Positions 60,237-64,000 of a DNA stretch of 64,000 nt are shown here, piece by piece (position 1 is the stretch's first letter; each line of letters starts with the position of its first letter). Position numbers and translations under genes: made by a program. Origin of the DNA: Actinomycetota bacterium (lineage in GTDB: Bacteria; Actinomycetota; UBA4738; CALAEC01); the NCBI GenBank assembly GCA_050692985.1, contig JBOGVZ010000061.1:81966-145965 (forward strand), read 5' to 3'. The notes beneath the pieces were generated by a model. That model made no database searches, was not told the origin of the DNA, and saw only the letters and a program-made list of their open reading frames with translations.

Positions 60237-62700
60237 CCGCCCACCGCGCGCTGGAGCGAGCGTCGCATCCGCACCTCGGTGCCCTCATCGGACGGAGTGA
60301 CCGTGACGGCGTCCATCACGCCCTCGATCAGTCGGATCCCTCGGCCCCGCCCGTCGCCGCGCCGCGGCCTCCACGCGCCGAAGTCCCGCACGATCAGCTC
60401 GACCTCGCCGGCTCCCAGGCTGGCCTCGATCTGCACGCTGCTCTCGAACGGGGCCGTAGGCGTGCTCCATCGCGTTGGCGCACGCCTCGCTGCAGGCCAG
60501 CACGACCTCGTAGATCTCCTCCTCGCGGGCCCCCCTGGCACCCAGCCACCGAGCCAGGGCCCGGCGTGCGGGCGCCAGCTCCCGAGGGTCGGCCAGGATG
60601 GTCAACCGGAGGCGGTCCGGCGGCTCCTTGAACGAGACCGCCAGCAGGGCCACGTCGTCCTCCGGCATCTCCGGCAGCAACCTGGCCACGAGGTGGTCGA
60701 GCAGGCCGGCCGAGGACGTCGCGGCATCCTCCGCGGCCTCCCGAAGCGCCGCCATCCCCCGGTCGATGGAAGCCCCCTCCTCTCCACGATCCCGTCGGTG
60801 TACAGCATCAGCGTGGAGCCGGGCTCCATGCGGGCCTCGGTCTCCTGTCGGTGGACCCCGGGGGCCACGCCCAGCGGAAGCGAGGGCGGCGCATCGAGGA
60901 ACGAGGCGGTTCCGTCCGGGCCGATGACCAGCGGGGGCGGGTGTCCGGCGCTCACGGTTCGGATCTCGCCGGTGGCGGGATCGCACATGACGCAGACCAC
61001 GGTGGCCATCTGGGAGGGATCGATGCGGCGGAGGAGATGGTCGAGGCGGTCGACGAGGCCGGGAGGATCCTCGGCCGCCAGCGCGTGGGCCCGGGCGGCC
61101 ATCCGAAGCTGGCCCATCACCACCGCGGCCTCCAGCCCCCGGCCCAGGACGTCTCCCACGGTGACCACCAGCCGACCATCGGCCAGCTCCACCACGTCGT
61201 ACCAGTCGCCGCCCACCTCGACCCCCCACCCCGGGGCCACGTAGCGGGCGGACAGCTCGATCGTGTCGTTCGCCGGGAGCTCCTTCGGCAGGAACGCCCG
61301 CTGGAGCGTCTCGGCGATCTCGTGCTCCCGTTCGTAGCGGGCCCGCTCGGTGATGTCCTGGACCGTCCCCACCATCCGGGCCGGCTGCCTCTCCCCGTCG
61401 AAGAACAGCTTGGCCCGGCCCAGGAGGACCCGTTCCTCGCCGTCCGGCCTCACGATGCGGTACTCCAGGTCGGGCAGGACCTCCTGCCGGTCGCGGAATG
61501 CCCGCTCGATGTTGCCGCGGATGCGCTCCACGTCCCCGGGGACGACGAGCTCGATGGCCTTGTCGAACGTCAGCTCGAACTCCCGGGGCCGGTAGCCGTG
61601 GATCCTGTACATCTCGTCGGACCACACCACCCGACCCCCGGCGATGTCCCATTCCCAGCTCCCCAGGCCGGCGATCCGCTGGGCCTCCCCGAGCTGCTGG
61701 TTGGCCTCCGACAGGTCGGAGGTGCGTTCCCGGACCCGGTCCTCGAGATGGGCCCGGGCACGTTCCAGGGCCTCGCGGGCCCGGAGCCGCTCCGTGACGA
61801 GCGCGGCGAAGAAGAACGACGTGAGGGCCACCGCCAGGTTGAACGCCTGGAGGATGAGCATCCGGTCCGACAGGACGGTGCCGGCGAACGGGCCCTCGAC
61901 CCGCACGGCGGCCCAGGTGGCCAGCACCGAGATCAGCAGGGCCCCCGGTGCCGCGCCGGGCAGCTGGAGGCGCCACGCCGCCAGCCCCAGGAACGGCAGC
62001 ACCATGAACAGGAGCGGGATCGTGCTTCCGAGCACCAGGACCCCCACGGCCGCCAGCACGACGAACAGGCCGAGCGCCTCGGCTCGACGCGGCCACCCCT
62101 TCCACGGGGGGTGGAGCAGGAGCGGCAAGCTGAGGAGGAAGGGGGCCACCACCAGGACCCCCCATGGCGTCCCCGGCCCACCACACCGACCACGCCGGGA
62201 TGACCTCATCGCGGGGGATGCTCCCGGAGAGGACCAGGGCGGCCGTCCCCACCGTGGCGCTCAGCATGGTGCTCACGGGGGCCGCCACCACGATGGCCAC
62301 CGCGTCCCGGACCCGGTCGATCTCCGTCCGGAACCGGAACCGGGAGAGCAGGGTGGCGGCCACCAGGGGGGCCATTGTGTTCCCGGCAGCGGTCGCCGCG
62401 GCGGCCGGCAGAGGTTCGATGGGGGCGTTCACCAGGAAGGCGGCCAGGGCCACCCCCGGCCACATCCTCCGTCCGAACACCAGGAACGCCACCACGGCGA
62501 TGCCGGCCGGCGGCCACAGCGGGGTGACGTTCTCCCTCACCAGGGCCAGCCGCAGGCTCAGCCGGGCGGCCACGTAGTACGCCAGCCCCAGGAGGAGGAG
62601 GCGAGCCAGGTCGGCCAGGAGCGGGCGTGAGAGGCGGATCCTCCGGCCGGACCTCCCGATCGCCTCGCCCCTTCCCATCGCGGAGTCCGGCATCGGACCT
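60233..62700 (-). CDS. Multidomain sensor: MASE1 membrane domain, PAS, PP2C/SpoIIE phosphatase, and HATPase_c (RsbW-like anti-sigma kinase), with three apparent frameshifts (near 62150-62165, 60771-60781 and 60447-60462)
   Basis: MASE1 block (LLLGLAYYVAARLSLRLALVRENVTPLWPPAGIAVVAFLVFG), PAS (GSWEWDIAGGRVVWSDEMYRIHGY), PP2C (GGDWYDVV...LYTDGIVERRG), and HATPase (EIYEVVLACSEACANAMEHAYGP...GRGIRLI), spread over three frames. Each switch falls at a G/C homopolymer. Confidence 0.72.
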
Positions 62701-62802
62701 GCCGGCTCCCTCCGCCGGAAGGGTACCGCAGCCCACTCAGGTAGGAGCGAGCGGCATCCCTCGAGTCCCGTCACTCACCGGGTGGGCCCGTATCCTGGGG
62801 GG

Positions 62803-62896
62803 CGGAGGCGAATGGGCGCCTGGTGGGCCCCCCGGTCTTCAAAACCGGTGAGCCGGCGAAAGCTGGCTGGCGGGTTCGATTCCCGTCCGCCTCCGC
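62803..62896 (+). tRNA. selC: tRNA-Sec (selC) candidate, anticodon UCA
   Basis: About 94 nt: extended acceptor stem CGGAGGCG/CGCCTCCG, anticodon arm CCGGT-CTTCAAA-ACCGG, long variable arm AGCCGG-cgaaag-CTGGCT, and T-arm GCGGG-TTCGATT-CCCGT. Confidence 0.6.
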
Positions 62897-63100
62897 TACC
62901 GGATAGGTGTCCTGACGTTGGGTTTCGGGGACGAGCGGGGTCGTCGTCGACGCGAAAGAAGGAGTCGATCGGCGGCCGGATATCCGCTCAACCGGACAAG
63001 TCTTCGCGAGTTTTCGCGGACACAGAACCGCACGAGTCTTGCCCGGGGAACCGGAGCCGCAACACTTGTCCGCCGTCCTCCCGAGGGAAGGAGGACACCC

Positions 63101-64000
63101 ATGGTCAGGATCCCGACGGACCCGCTGGCGGTCCGGGAGGACACCCTCCAGGACCTGCGGGAGGAGTTCCTGGTCCGCTGCCACGCCAAGAACCTGAGCC
63201 CGCGGACCATCGAGTGGTATGCGAAGCACACCGAGCTCTTCATCGAGTGGTGCCGGGAGCGAGGGCTGACGGCGCCGGCCCAGCTCTCGACGACCCTGCT
63301 CGAGGAGTACCTGATCGAGGCGAGGGCAGCCGGCCGGACACCCAACACCGTCCGCGGCTACGCCCAGACGCTGAAGACGCTGAGCCGGTTCGGGCACAAG
63401 AAGGGGCTGATCCCCGGAACATCACCGCCGACTTCGAGATGCCCAAGGTGCCTCAGGTCATCGTCCAGACGTTCTCCGAGGACCAGCTCCGCGCGCTGCT
63501 GAGGAAGCCGGACACAAGGAGGTGGCTCGGGATACGCGACCGGGCCATCCTGCTGACTTTCCTCGACACGCTGGTCCGGGTGTCGGAGCTCGTCGGGGTC
63601 AACGCCGAGGACGTGGATCTGAAGACCCGGACCATGAGGGTGATGGGCAAGGGGGCCAAGCAGCGGGACCTACCGTTGGGGCAGACCGTAACCCAGGCCC
63701 TCCGCCGGTATCAGCGGCTGCTTGAGGACCTTCGGCCGGAGGACCCGTTCTTCGTCAGCCGCTATGGCGAGCGGATCAGCCGGAAGTCGGTCCACGAACT
63801 GGTCGCCGGGTACGGGAAGGCGGCCGGGGTCGAGGGAGTTCGGTGCTCCCCCCACACCCTGCGGCACACGGGGGCCAAGCGGTTCATCCTCGCCGGCGGC
63901 GACGTGTTCACCTTGCAGAAGCTCCTGGGCCACACCACTCTCTATATGGTCCGCCGCTACGTGGAGCTGGCCAGCGTCGACGTCCAAGCCCAGCACCAGC
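63101..64000 (+). mobile_element. int: Tyrosine site-specific integrase (phage-integrase family), 3'-truncated by the window end, with an apparent frameshift near 63411-63420; it marks an integrative element inserted at tRNA-Sec
   Basis: N-terminal SAM-like domain (LSPRTIEWYAKHTELFIEW...NTVRGYAQTLKTLSRF) and catalytic domain (RDRAILLTFLDTLVRVSELVGV...RCSPHTLRHTGAKRFILAGGDVFTLQKLLGHTTLYMVRRY). ATG at 63101 with GGGAAGGAGG upstream. Confidence 0.85.

Overview
This 64 kb window is a high-GC (about 70%) chromosomal segment with actinobacterial gene content (Actinomycetota-like), and almost all of it is coding. The taxonomic assignment and every family or product call below come from reading the translations; no database search was run.

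Main content, in order along the window:
- purC (partial), purB, purE, purD and purA on the minus strand, then dodecin.
- An ArsR/SRPBCC pair, then clpP.
- A zinc-ribbon gene plus a large hypothetical (two-gene module), a small membrane ORF, an MBL-fold hydrolase, an MFS transporter and LemA.
- The heat-shock block clpB, GNAT, hspR, dnaJ, grpE, dnaK with a HAIR-like operator.
- A membrane HdrD-like Fe-S oxidoreductase, dcd and tRNA-Gly(CCC).
- A repetitive Gly/Lys/His-rich surface protein, nth, and dnaB.
- The rplI, rpsR, ssb, rpsF cluster.
- An alpha/beta hydrolase, panB, a lipoprotein, ALDH with DUF779.
- An envelope cluster: two tandem DUF2207 paralogs, two GT-C glycosyltransferases, a LuxR regulator, an ECF sigma with anti-sigma-like partner, and a class A PBP.
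- Two Ala-rich membrane proteins, one with a degenerate NuoN/MrpD core motif.
- DUF5318, an HtrA-like protease and an F420-type LLM oxidoreductase.
- A complete Tad/Flp pilus locus (tadZ, tadA, tadB, tadC, flp, tadE, and a TadE-peptidase M15 fusion).
- Ferritin-like, HAD-IB, USP-USP-Rieske fusion, a cupredoxin membrane protein and PhoX.
- A STAS antagonist next to a large MASE1-PAS-PP2C-HATPase partner-switching sensor.
- A tRNA-Sec candidate followed by a tyrosine integrase, which marks the start of an integrated element running off the window.

Points that stand out:
- At least 11 apparent frameshifts, most at G/C homopolymers, and one in-frame TAG break conserved genes. An assembly indel artefact is more likely than gene decay.
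- rpsR, rpsF and dcd appear to start at CTG codons with well-placed Shine-Dalgarno sequences.
- The TadE-M15 fusion, the USP-Rieske fusion and the selC-type island junction.

Coordinates are 1-based on the plus strand. Some boundaries were derived by hand and may be off by 1-3 nt.
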